A DNA stretch of 32,000 nucleotides from Candidatus Methanoperedens sp. (GCA_041494705.1 JBGQBI010000001.1:150001-182000), one strand, 5' to 3'; counted from the first letter of the stretch, positions 1 to 8,155 are shown. The notes: a model not told the origin generated them from the sequence alone. Numbers and translations are program-made.

Positions 1-72
1 CATGCAATTGCCATCATTCCTGAAACGCCAATTTTCCGATATCCTCGGCTTATCAGTATCTGAAAATACCAT
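1..72 (-). CDS. hypothetical protein, N-terminal fragment (continues off the window)
   Basis: ATG at 72..70 with GGAG 4 nt upstream on the minus strand. The frame stays open to the window edge, and only 24 codons are visible (MVFSDTDKPRISENWRFRNDGNCM). It is absent from the ORF track because no stop lies inside the window. Confidence 0.3.
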   Translation of the reverse strand, partial: MVFSDTDKPRISENWRFRNDGNCM

Positions 73-185
73 TTTTCTCCTAATTACTTGTCTGCTGTCC
101 TGCCACTATTCCTAAAATTACTTCTTTCAAGCTGTCCCAAAACGAATGTAAACAAAATCAGTCACCAGTTTTGGGATAGCTTGCC

Positions 186-209
186 TCCCGGTGTTAATTT
201 GACACGGGA
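186..209 (-). terminator. hairpin downstream of the 59-aa gene (8 bp stem with 1-nt bulge, 7-nt loop)
   Basis: TCCCGGTGT (186-194) pairs with ACACGGGA (202-209). It lies 17-40 nt past the stop at 226-228, and T-rich tracts follow on the transcribed (minus) strand. Confidence 0.4.
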
Positions 210-225
210 AGGGGACGTAGACTGC

Positions 226-405
226 TTACCAATGCCAACCGTTTGCACATGATGAACACTCTTCTACAATGGCCTTATGGGCTGCTGCTACGGCATCCTT
301 CAAATCCTTCGCATCAACCGTCACATTCTTTGCCTTCAGTGCTTTTTGAAGGGCAGAAATTCCCTTTTCCGTATTGGCCTTTTCAGAAATTTTCGCTTCA
401 CTCAT
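226..405 (-). CDS. small helical protein (59 aa) with C-terminal CSSCANGWHW tail, function unknown
   Basis: An internal ATG at 405 is preceded by a strong SD (AAGGAGGTGA, 5-nt spacer). The track ORF start at 435 has no such signal. The body is Lys/Ala-rich and looks amphipathic and helical; the only Cys, Trp and last His are in the final 10 residues. Confidence 0.6.
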   Translation of the reverse strand: MSEAKISEKANTEKGISALQKALKAKNVTVDAKDLKDAVAAAHKAIVEECSSCANGWHW

Positions 406-575
406 AGTTGTCACCTCCTTAAACATTGAATGCAATGTTTATAATATTTCTACCATCATAATTAAGATGTGCACTATATAAATAGTTAATTAATTGAAAT
501 ATTGCTCAATTCTGGCAATGTTATTTTTATTGTCCCAATAGTCTTTTATTTGTTTATCTACATTAAACTCCAATG

Positions 576-624
576 TTCATCCCCTCTTGGAATTTTGTTG
601 TTAAAATATTAATGAGGGGATGAA
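576..624. repeat. perfect 11-bp inverted repeat TTCATCCCCTC / GAGGGGATGAA separated by 27 nt
   Basis: Read directly: arms at 576-586 and 614-624, inside the 386-bp AT-rich divergent intergenic region between the 59-aa gene and the ThiF/MoeB-like gene. Confidence 0.6.
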
Positions 625-791
625 TATTATAAATTTTACTGCAAGTATATAAAATAGTTAAATTTATATGGCAAACTCATGAATTGGTAACCGCCACCAC
701 GATAGCCAGCCCGATTTACCACAAATTATATATGGCAGTAATACTTTATGGTGCTAAATAATACCCCCAGTAATAATATGGTGATAAAACA

Positions 792-1601
792 ATGATAGGC
801 GGATTCAGTGAAGAACAAATAAGAAGATACTCGCGCCACATAATCCTGCCGGAGGTTGGCGGAAAAGGACAAAAGAAACTATTAAGCTCAAAGGTATTAT
901 GCATAGGCGCAGGAGGTCTCGGCGCGCCTATAATCGAATACCTTGCAGCGGCAGGCGTGGGAACGCTCGGGATAATAGATGACGACACCGTTGACCTCAG
1001 CAACCTCCAGCGCCAGGTAATCCACGGGGGAAATGTGGGCAAACCCAAAGCCGAATCCGCAAAACAATTCGTCAATAATCTCAATCCCGATATCGAGGTA
1101 AAGACCTATATCGAAAGGCTGAATGCCAATAATGTCATAGATATTTTCAAGGAATATGATATAGTGGTGGACGGCTCTGATAATTTTGCAACCCGATATC
1201 TTGTTAACGATGCATGTGTTATCACAGACACGCCTCTCTCCCACGGCAGCATATACAGGTTCGAAGGACAGGTCACAACAATAATCCCCCACAAAGGGCC
1301 GTGTTACAGGTGCCTCTTTGAACATGCGCCCCCGCCGGGAATGGTGCCGAGCTGCCAGGAAGCCGGAGTGCTTGGCGTTCTTCCGGGCATAATAGGCGTA
1401 ATCCAGGCGACCGAAGTGATAAAATACCTGCTCGGCATAGGCGAGTTGCTTACGGGACGCCTTATTTACTACGATGCGCTCAACATGACCTTTGACGAAA
1501 TCAAAATGCGCTGGAACAAGCAGTGCCCGGTCTGCGGCGAAGAACCAAAAATAACATCGATACAGGAAGAGATATACGGAGACTCATGCAGGATTTGGTG
1601 A
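792..1601 (+). CDS. E1-like adenylyltransferase of the ThiF/MoeB/UbaA family
   Basis: RYSRHIILPEVG, GAGGLG nucleotide-binding loop, DDDTVDLSNLQRQ, and two CxxC pairs (CYRC, CPVC) typical of the Zn site in MoeB/ThiF. GGTGA lies upstream of the ATG. There is no rhodanese domain. Confidence 0.85.
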   Translation: MIGGFSEEQIRRYSRHIILPEVGGKGQKKLLSSKVLCIGAGGLGAPIIEYLAAAGVGTLGIIDDDTVDLSNLQRQVIHGGNVGKPKAESAKQFVNNLNPDIEVKTYIERLNANNVIDIFKEYDIVVDGSDNFATRYLVNDACVITDTPLSHGSIYRFEGQVTTIIPHKGPCYRCLFEHAPPPGMVPSCQEAGVLGVLPGIIGVIQATEVIKYLLGIGELLTGRLIYYDALNMTFDEIKMRWNKQCPVCGEEPKITSIQEEIYGDSCRIW

Positions 1602-1605
1602 AAAA

Positions 1606-1830
1606 ATGGCAGTTGAACTTGACTTGAAAGGGGAAGTGTGCCCCTATACATTTGTAAAAACAAAACTTAAACTCGAAGAACTTGAAAGTGGCGAGGAATT
1701 GTGTGTGACATTTGACCATGCCCCCGCAGTAGAGAACGTGCCGCGAAGCCTTAAAAATGAGGGACACAAAATAATGGGCATCGAACAGAAGGGTGAACAT
1801 CTCTGGATTGTCAGGATTCGTAAAGCATGA
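1606..1830 (+). CDS. tusA: TusA/SirA-like sulfurtransferase
   Basis: 74 aa with LKGEVCPYTFVKTK, the Cys-Pro active-site motif of the TusA family. It starts 4 nt after the upstream stop. Confidence 0.8.
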   Translation: MAVELDLKGEVCPYTFVKTKLKLEELESGEELCVTFDHAPAVENVPRSLKNEGHKIMGIEQKGEHLWIVRIRKA

Positions 1831-2129
1831 AGCTCGGGATACTATTGACCACAAGCCCTGAGAACGAGAATACCAATACTGTTATTTCAATAAGCTCGGC
1901 TGCAAGGGAACAGGGTCATGAGGTATCGATTTTTTTGATGTACGATGGCGTGTACAATATTCATAAAAAAGAGTTTGCAGGATTGGTCGATAAAGGCGTT
2001 AATATCGCCGTCTGCGCGTTCAACGTGGAGCAGCGCAATATCGCCAGGGTGGACGGCATCCTGTTCGGCAGCCAGTACGACCATGCTTGCATAGCAAGCG
2101 AAGTGGACAGGTTCATTTCTTTTGGGTGA
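1827..2129 (+). CDS. DsrE/TusD-like sulfur-relay subunit
   Basis: 100 aa. NIAVCAFNVEQRNI resembles the conserved Cys region of DsrE/TusD. The start overlaps the tusA stop (ATGA). Confidence 0.7.
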   Translation: MKLGILLTTSPENENTNTVISISSAAREQGHEVSIFLMYDGVYNIHKKEFAGLVDKGVNIAVCAFNVEQRNIARVDGILFGSQYDHACIASEVDRFISFG

Positions 2130-2160
2130 GCTATGAAAAACTTTAGGAAATTTTTATCAA

Positions 2161-2266
2161 AAACCTTTAAGAAAGGTTTATCAAACGAAGGGGTATGCGA
2201 AGCATACCCCAACACGCCCTCCCGAGGCGTGACTCGGGACGTTATAAAGGGGCGTAACCCTTTATG
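2161..2266 (+). promoter_or_regulatory. cluster of four consecutive short hairpins in the intra-operon spacer; the last one includes the start codon of the next gene
   Basis: H1 2161-2179 (8 bp). H2 2190-2210 (9 bp, GAA loop). H3 2220-2239 (7 bp, loop GCGTGA). H4 2245-2264 (7 bp, loop GCGTAA; its 3' arm ends on the A of ATG 2264). Alternative pairing of CACGCC 2213-2218 with GGCGTG 2226-2231 excludes H3. Confidence 0.5.
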
Positions 2267-2608
2267 AAAAAAATAGCTGTGATTGTAAGAAACCTTCCGT
2301 TGAATACACGGAGGAACGCAGAGGCGCTCCGGATGAGCGTGGGACTGACGCTGCGTGAAGACAAGGTCACGGTTATTTTCCTGGACGACGGTGTTTATTC
2401 CGCGACCAAAATAAAGCCTGAGCTTGTCAAACTCAAACCATTGAATAAGGAATTTGAGGCGCTTTCGATGCTGAAATGCCCAATGCTGGCTGATAAGCTT
2501 TCCATGCAGAAAAGGGGTATATCGGCTCTTGTTGCGAATGTCAGGGCAACAGAACGGGAAGAGCTTGTGAAAACGATAACAGAATCTGATATAGTGATAC
2601 CGTTTTAA
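2264..2608 (+). CDS. DsrF/TusC-like sulfur-relay subunit
   Basis: 114 aa. It has the DsrE/F-fold pattern (KIAVIVR..., AEALRMSVGL, VIFLDDGVY) and KCPMLADKLSMQKRGI near the C-terminal half. Confidence 0.65.
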   Translation: MKKIAVIVRNLPLNTRRNAEALRMSVGLTLREDKVTVIFLDDGVYSATKIKPELVKLKPLNKEFEALSMLKCPMLADKLSMQKRGISALVANVRATEREELVKTITESDIVIPF

Positions 2609-2610
2609 TT

Positions 2611-2856
2611 ATGAAGATACTGCACATTATCCGGAACCCGAATGATGTAACGCCACTGGAGATAGCAAAAGCCCAGAGCAGGGAACACGAAGTGGCAATA
2701 TTGTTATTGCATGATGCCGTTTATGCAAAACCTGATTTAACGGCCTATGCCTGCTCTGAGGATGCAGAAGCGAGAGGGGTTACAGGGCATAAATGTGTGG
2801 ACTACAAGGGGATTGTCAGGATGCTGTTTGAATATGATAAAGTGGTGTCGTGGTAG
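2611..2856 (+). CDS. DsrH/TusB-like sulfur-relay subunit
   Basis: 81 aa. LLLHDAVY, YACSEDAEARGV and a C-terminal ...KVVSW match the DsrH/TusB pattern. It starts 2 nt after the upstream stop. Confidence 0.65.
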   Translation: MKILHIIRNPNDVTPLEIAKAQSREHEVAILLLHDAVYAKPDLTAYACSEDAEARGVTGHKCVDYKGIVRMLFEYDKVVSW

Positions 2857-2859
2857 AAT

Positions 2860-3297
2860 ATGGAGACTATACATCTGGCAAAATGGGAAAGCAGGTTCTG
2901 GGCATGGTTAATCGATAACCTGCTGGTTGGTGCACTAAGAACAGGAATTATAGGTACTCTGGGCCTTATATGGGGTCTTGATTTTATCAGCCTGAAGGGC
3001 TTTGGGGTTCACGGAGTATTAATGTTTGCATACTGGACATTATTTGAAGGATACAACGGTCAGTCCATCGGGAAGATGGCAATGAATCTGAAAGTGACTG
3101 GTATAAAAGGGGAGAAAATAGATTATCCAGTGGCAGCAATTGAAAGCGCCGGCAAAGCGTTTATTCTGCCGCTTGATTGTCTTATCGGCTGGCTTGCTAT
3201 GCCCGGAACCAGGCTGCGGCTCTTTAACAGGATATCCAGTACTATTGTTATCAAAACAAAATACGAAGAACCGGAAGGAATAACATACATTAAATAA
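2860..3297 (+). CDS. RDD-family membrane protein
   Basis: RFWAWLIDNLL at the N-terminus, hydrophobic helices, GQSIGKMAMNLKV and a later R..D pattern typical of the RDD family. It is tightly linked to the preceding gene. Confidence 0.7.
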   Translation: METIHLAKWESRFWAWLIDNLLVGALRTGIIGTLGLIWGLDFISLKGFGVHGVLMFAYWTLFEGYNGQSIGKMAMNLKVTGIKGEKIDYPVAAIESAGKAFILPLDCLIGWLAMPGTRLRLFNRISSTIVIKTKYEEPEGITYIK

Positions 3298-3333
3298 AAG
3301 GAATAGTGTAATCTACTCTCTTAGATTCCTTTT
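3296..3333. terminator. hairpin between convergent genes (9 bp stem AAAAGGAAT/ATTCCTTTT, 20-nt loop)
   Basis: Read directly. The arms at 3296-3304 and 3325-3333 touch the stop codons of the RDD gene and manC. Confidence 0.4.
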
Positions 3334-4699
3334 AAATCCGCCCGTATTCGTCCTCGAACCTCTCAATATCGTCCTCTCCCACGTAATCACCAAGCTGCAC
3401 TTCTATGATTTCAAGCGGGATTGTTCCGGGGTTTGATAAACGATGCTTTACTTTAGCCTTTATGAAAGTACTTTCTCCTTCTTCCAGACGTTTTTCTTCA
3501 CCATCGACCTGCACCAGTGCAATTCCTTTTACCACTACCCAGTGCTCGCTCCTGTATTTGTGCAACTGGAGGCTGAGTTTTTTTCCCGGCATGACCCTTA
3601 TGTTTTTTATCTTGTGTCTTCCTGACGTTTCAAGTATGGTGTACGAGCCCCACGGCCTGTACACGGTCTGGTGAAGAAGTGCCTTTTCATCTTTCTTTTC
3701 TTTGAGCGCGGTAACTATTTCCTTGACTTTCTGTGAGCTTTTCCTCGGACATACAAGCAGCGCATCATCCGTATCCATCACAACCATATCATTAACATCG
3801 ATAAGCGATACTGCTTTGCCTTTCTTTGAATAAATCAGGTTGGCAGTGGAATTTATTGAGATATCCTCGCAATTGTAGATGGCATTACCTTTTTCATTCT
3901 TTTCAGTTTCTACATACATAGAATCAAAGTCGCCAAGGTCGCTCCATTTATATCCCAGCTTTACAACTGCTACTTTTTCAGATTTTTCCATGATGCCGTA
4001 ATCAATTGAGATGGAAGGGAGTTTCTTGTATATTTGACCGATATCATTGCGTTTCGTGAATGCAGTAAAAATATCAGGTGAATGGGTTTTAAGTTCGTTG
4101 AAAAATAGTTTTGTGTTAAAAAGGAACATGCCGCTGTTCCACAGGCATCCTTCTTCGATATATTTCCTCGCAGCTTCCAGTTTGGGTTTTTCCATGAACT
4201 TGAGAACTTTTTGGGCATTTTCCAGATTTTCCCCGGGTTTTATGTAACCATAGCCTGTATGAGGGAATGCCGGCGCAATCCCGAAGGTAACAAGATATTC
4301 CCCGGCCAATTTCTCCGCGCCTCTTATAGTACCCATGGCATCCATATCCAGTACGTGGTCTGAAGGGAACACGCCAACTGCGCATTCACCGAACTTTTTT
4401 TCTATCTCACTCATTCCAAAACATATTGCAGGGAGAGTATTCTTTCCCTCCGGTTCGATAAGGACGTGGTCTTCAGGGAGATGATGCCCGAGTTCCTCGA
4501 TTTGTCCTGTAACAAAGAACTTCTGGGCATCGTTCGTGACTACGAATATTTCGGTGATGTCCGATATCTTAAGACACCGAAGCAGTGTATTCTGGAAAAG
4601 CGAGGTTTTGCCAAGTTTTAAAAACTGTTTCGGGTACTGTTCCCTGCTCAGCGGCCAGAGGCGAGTGCCAGACCCGCCTGCAAGTATTATTGATTTTAT
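3332..4699 (-). CDS. manC: mannose-1-phosphate guanylyltransferase / mannose-6-phosphate isomerase (bifunctional ManC type), start codon non-canonical
   Basis: The track ORF (3332..4414) continues in frame for 95 more codons without a stop. That stretch encodes the canonical N-terminus IKSIILAGGSGTRLWPLSREQYPKQFLKL. The C-terminus is a cupin domain (LSLQLHKYRSEHWVVVKG...). No ATG/GTG/TTG exists in frame upstream of 4414. ATA at 4699..4697 sits where Met is expected, 8 nt after GGGAG. Confidence 0.8.
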   Translation of the reverse strand: MKSIILAGGSGTRLWPLSREQYPKQFLKLGKTSLFQNTLLRCLKISDITEIFVVTNDAQKFFVTGQIEELGHHLPEDHVLIEPEGKNTLPAICFGMSEIEKKFGECAVGVFPSDHVLDMDAMGTIRGAEKLAGEYLVTFGIAPAFPHTGYGYIKPGENLENAQKVLKFMEKPKLEAARKYIEEGCLWNSGMFLFNTKLFFNELKTHSPDIFTAFTKRNDIGQIYKKLPSISIDYGIMEKSEKVAVVKLGYKWSDLGDFDSMYVETEKNEKGNAIYNCEDISINSTANLIYSKKGKAVSLIDVNDMVVMDTDDALLVCPRKSSQKVKEIVTALKEKKDEKALLHQTVYRPWGSYTILETSGRHKIKNIRVMPGKKLSLQLHKYRSEHWVVVKGIALVQVDGEEKRLEEGESTFIKAKVKHRLSNPGTIPLEIIEVQLGDYVGEDDIERFEDEYGRI

Positions 4700-4739
4700 G
4701 GTTTTATCTCCCTTTTCACAATATGATATATCATAATTC

Positions 4740-5900
4740 TCACGTCACTATCTCTTCCACTCTCTCCTCTTCGATAGCGCGCCTTATTTCCATTGCCATT
4801 CTTCGCCCTGTGCTCATGGGTTTGCGCCAGAGCGTATTGCCGTACGGGTGACCCACTGATACATGCACATTCGTGCCTCCGCCCACACGCGGCGCCACAT
4901 CGTATACATAGAAATTCAGGTCTTTGTCCACGCAGGTCTGGAGGCAGAACGGGCCGATAATCCCGGGTTTATAGTATTTCCGGGTCGCTTCCACGTATTT
5001 TCTGGCAAGTTCGAATGCGTCCTCAAGCAACGATTCACGAAGCGTTGCCGAGTTATGCCCGCATACCGTGTATTCAGGCGTTACCTGGCGCTCATTTAGC
5101 GCCATCTGCTGCGGCGCAGGCAATCGCACATGCCCGTCAAGGCTCGTCTCAAAGCGCCAGTCGATGCCGAGTAATTCGATTTTGCTCATTTCCTCCTCTA
5201 TTGGCGAGTAGAACATATCAAGGTTAAAAACCGGTCCAATGACATATCGTTCTATCCGTGCTTCTGCAAGGGCTTCCCGTGTAATTACTCCCTGTTTCAG
5301 GAACGCCTCTGATTTTTTCTTGAATTCTGAAAACGACGCAGCCGTGAAGAACCCGCGTTCAAGTTTCTTTACTGCATGAGGGAGTTTCACCATAACGAGG
5401 CTGTCGATATCTTCGGGTTTTTCAATTTTTTCAGGGAAGGGAAGACCCGCTTTTTCAAGCAGCCAGTAATAATCCCGCGGAATTCCCCGCTCTTCGCTGC
5501 GGAGGAGGTTCCGGCTCCCGAACATCGGAACCTTGAAACTGTCTTCTATTTCATCTATACCGCAATAAGAAGTAAACGAGCGGTTCGGAATAAAAATCGT
5601 GTTTTTATCCCGCAGTTTCTTCTGGTTCCCGGGTTTTAATATTTCATTGAATTTATTATAAACATCTGCGCTGTCCACAATCCCGCGTATGAGTTTTCCC
5701 TTCTTCCTCTCTGCCTTAAAATATTCTGTATATGTCTTCTCCCGTCCCTTTTCGCATACCGCATGAGTCCTGAAACCTTCCTCAACCGCCCCATCGCAAA
5801 CGTCAAGAGCAGAATGAGATGCCAGCACTCCAACCGTGGCTTCACTCAAATCGTATCCCGATAAAACATCTATTATTTCCTTTCTATCTATCATATTCAC
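4740..5900 (-). CDS. purP: 5-formaminoimidazole-4-carboxamide ribonucleotide (FAICAR) synthetase, archaeal PurP
   Basis: 386 aa ATP-grasp-like protein. The N-terminal VGVLASHSALDVCDGAVEEGF and overall length and pattern match archaeal PurP (recognised from memory of the family). Confidence 0.75.
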   Translation of the reverse strand: MNMIDRKEIIDVLSGYDLSEATVGVLASHSALDVCDGAVEEGFRTHAVCEKGREKTYTEYFKAERKKGKLIRGIVDSADVYNKFNEILKPGNQKKLRDKNTIFIPNRSFTSYCGIDEIEDSFKVPMFGSRNLLRSEERGIPRDYYWLLEKAGLPFPEKIEKPEDIDSLVMVKLPHAVKKLERGFFTAASFSEFKKKSEAFLKQGVITREALAEARIERYVIGPVFNLDMFYSPIEEEMSKIELLGIDWRFETSLDGHVRLPAPQQMALNERQVTPEYTVCGHNSATLRESLLEDAFELARKYVEATRKYYKPGIIGPFCLQTCVDKDLNFYVYDVAPRVGGGTNVHVSVGHPYGNTLWRKPMSTGRRMAMEIRRAIEEERVEEIVT

Positions 5901-5951
5901 CTGTAGGTCTTTTACGTCTATGAAGGTTACGATTTTGGAAACTGCGCTCCA

Positions 5952-6692
5952 TTATTTTTTGGCTTCGGCAATTATAATATTAGCGCGCCCTTTTTTGATT
6001 TTTTTGACTAAACCCCTGTTTTCCAGGTCAGCTATCATCAGGCTGACCTTCGCCTCTCCATATTTTACTTCTTTTCTCAGCTCCTTCTGGGTTACCCTTC
6101 CTCCTTTTTTCATTATCAGCTCATAAATCCCGCGCAGGTCTTCAGGCAGTTCTGTGATTTCGGTTTTTGCTATGTTTTCAGGAGGAATCCCAATGGTTTC
6201 TCCAGCGCCCTGTTCAATCGGCTTATTTTTCTTTTTCCTCATCCAATAAAGAATCAATAAAGCAGCGAACACGAGGAATGTGGTAATTATGTAATATATT
6301 TGATTAGAATCGCTTTTTAAAACCAGGTCGCCGGTCAGATTTATGTCGCCAAGATATTGGTTTTCCAATTCCGTGGGCGGGAAAAGCAGGAGGTCATGGA
6401 CATAATCTCCTTCCCGGTCAATACGTATCTCATCTTCGGCAGCAAATTCAAGGATATTATTGCGGTAGTATTTTGCCTTAATCATATAATTGCCGGATGA
6501 GAGATTGAATGAATATGTCCCGTTCGTTGATACCACATACTGTGACGGTGTGGAGTTTACTTCAACAATTGCGCCCTTAAGAGGTTTCTCAAAATCTGAC
6601 CATTCGTAAATGGTGCCGTGTAAAGTTGCGGCTTGCGCGCCACTAATGAAGATGACTGTAAATAAAATACCTAAGAGAAAACTTTTTCTCAT
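5952..6692 (-). CDS. membrane-anchored protein: signal peptide, carboxypeptidase-regulatory-like beta domain, TM helix, C-terminal winged-helix DNA-binding domain
   Basis: The internal start MRKSFLLGILFTVIFISGAQA (ATG 6692) gives a signal peptide. TM helix: IYYIITTFLVFAALLILYW. The C-terminus IYELIMKKGGRVTQKELRKEVKYGEAKVSLMIADLENRGLVKK is wHTH-like. The upstream part of the track ORF is AT-rich junk. Confidence 0.6.
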   Translation of the reverse strand: MRKSFLLGILFTVIFISGAQAATLHGTIYEWSDFEKPLKGAIVEVNSTPSQYVVSTNGTYSFNLSSGNYMIKAKYYRNNILEFAAEDEIRIDREGDYVHDLLLFPPTELENQYLGDINLTGDLVLKSDSNQIYYIITTFLVFAALLILYWMRKKKNKPIEQGAGETIGIPPENIAKTEITELPEDLRGIYELIMKKGGRVTQKELRKEVKYGEAKVSLMIADLENRGLVKKIKKGRANIIIAEAKK

Positions 6693-6901
6693 CAACACAT
6701 AGTCTAATCTTAAAAGAGAATATATATAGTTTATTATAAAGTTAAAAAAGCATTTATAGAGGTTTGTAAAGGATTCAAAAGCCTGGAAAAAGCTGAAATT
6801 TTTATCATATAAAAGCATGCTTATCTATTCTGCGATTATAGTATTGGCAACCACTTGTAGAATAGTTGGCGATTGAACAAAAAATAATAGGAGGCAATGA
6901 A

Positions 6902-8155
6902 ATGAAAAATAGACATAGGTTCACTATATTAACGTCGCTTGTTGCGGTTGTATTTATATTGAGCCTGTTCTCAGGAATCGCAGCGGCCCAAAAGCCAGAC
7001 GGAAATAACGGAAACCATGAGAAATTTGCAAATACAGAAAAACAATTTCAGAGTGCAAAGGCACAATTGGATAAGGCATTAAAGCAATTCAATGCTAAAA
7101 AGGACAGCAAATCAAAGGATGAACTCGTACTCACAACCAGGGAGTATCTTGAAACAGCAATAAATCATACAATTTCATATCTTGATGTCCTGAAATCCAG
7201 AGCAGAAAAGCCTGAAAACCAGGGGATAATCCCATTCAATGTTTCTACAAATGCCGATGCTCATGTTGCGGAACTGGAACAGCTAAGAACAAAAGTAGAG
7301 CAGGATAACACAACCGAGGAATTTAGAGCAGATAATACCGAATTAAAGAATATATACTCCGGGATAAGACTTGAAACCCAATATGATTTCGCTATACTGC
7401 TTGATAATACAATAGGTAAATTCATTACAAAGTCGGATAACGTGTCAGCAAGACTTAATGTGGAAATTCAGAACCGGAAATCTAATGGCACAGATACATC
7501 CAATCTTGAGGCAATCGCTGCAAATTTCACGAATTTGATGCAAGAAGCAAGAGCCGGCCAGCAGAAAACAGAAGTGTTGTTAGCAACCCACACAGGATTT
7601 GACAATTCTGGCATGGTTATAAATAATACGGATGCCCAGGCTTTCTTGAAGAACGTAGACGATTCTCAAAAAGGAACAATCAAAACAATGAGAGATGCAA
7701 GCAGGCTATTGCAGGATTTCGTCAAGGATTACAGAAAACTCTCGGCTGGAAATGCCACAGCAGGAGGTAAGACAGCAAATAAGGAGAACGGGCGAGGCGG
7801 AAAAACCCTGGTCAAAGGGACAGGTACATTGGTAGCTAATGGCAGCGGTAGGGCAGTAATCCAGGGAAATGTCACAGTTTCGCTTTCCGGAACAAACGTT
7901 ACCTTGACAGTCTCAAGTAATGCCGCCGTTACCACAGATAGCGGTACAAACCAGACTCTCGGCAACGGACAGGTCAAATATCAGGGATTTAACTCAGCAA
8001 CAATAACGGGCGACAACATCAGAGTCGGAATATCCGGCAACAATATCAGCCTCACCGCCACGGGCACAGGTGCAGCAGTTCTTAACGGCAATGGAACATA
8101 TACAACCGAAAATGCTTTCGGTGTGAGCGGCGAATGGAAGAAAGGAGGAGCATGA
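6902..8155 (+). CDS. secreted protein rich in N-glycosylation sequons with C-terminal beta-strand repeats
   Basis: ATG 6902 lies 8 nt after AGGAGG. Signal/TM segment FTILTSLVAVVFILSLFSGIAAAQ. There are many NxS/T sequons. The C-terminal repeats are GNVTVSLSGTNVTLTVS / GDNIRVGISGNNISLTATG. No PGF-CTERM-type tail is present. Confidence 0.6.
   Translation: MKNRHRFTILTSLVAVVFILSLFSGIAAAQKPDGNNGNHEKFANTEKQFQSAKAQLDKALKQFNAKKDSKSKDELVLTTREYLETAINHTISYLDVLKSRAEKPENQGIIPFNVSTNADAHVAELEQLRTKVEQDNTTEEFRADNTELKNIYSGIRLETQYDFAILLDNTIGKFITKSDNVSARLNVEIQNRKSNGTDTSNLEAIAANFTNLMQEARAGQQKTEVLLATHTGFDNSGMVINNTDAQAFLKNVDDSQKGTIKTMRDASRLLQDFVKDYRKLSAGNATAGGKTANKENGRGGKTLVKGTGTLVANGSGRAVIQGNVTVSLSGTNVTLTVSSNAAVTTDSGTNQTLGNGQVKYQGFNSATITGDNIRVGISGNNISLTATGTGAAVLNGNGTYTTENAFGVSGEWKKGGA

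Noticed and set aside
746-1325. Minus-strand ORFs of 112, 142 and 62 aa overlapping the ThiF/MoeB-like gene
   Set aside because: They are antisense shadows of a gene with clear family motifs. The translations are low-complexity, with no start signals.
4536-4851. Plus-strand ORFs of 66 and 88 aa
   Set aside because: They lie antisense to the in-frame N-terminal extension of manC and to the end of purP. The minus strand encodes the conserved GGSGTRLWP motif here.
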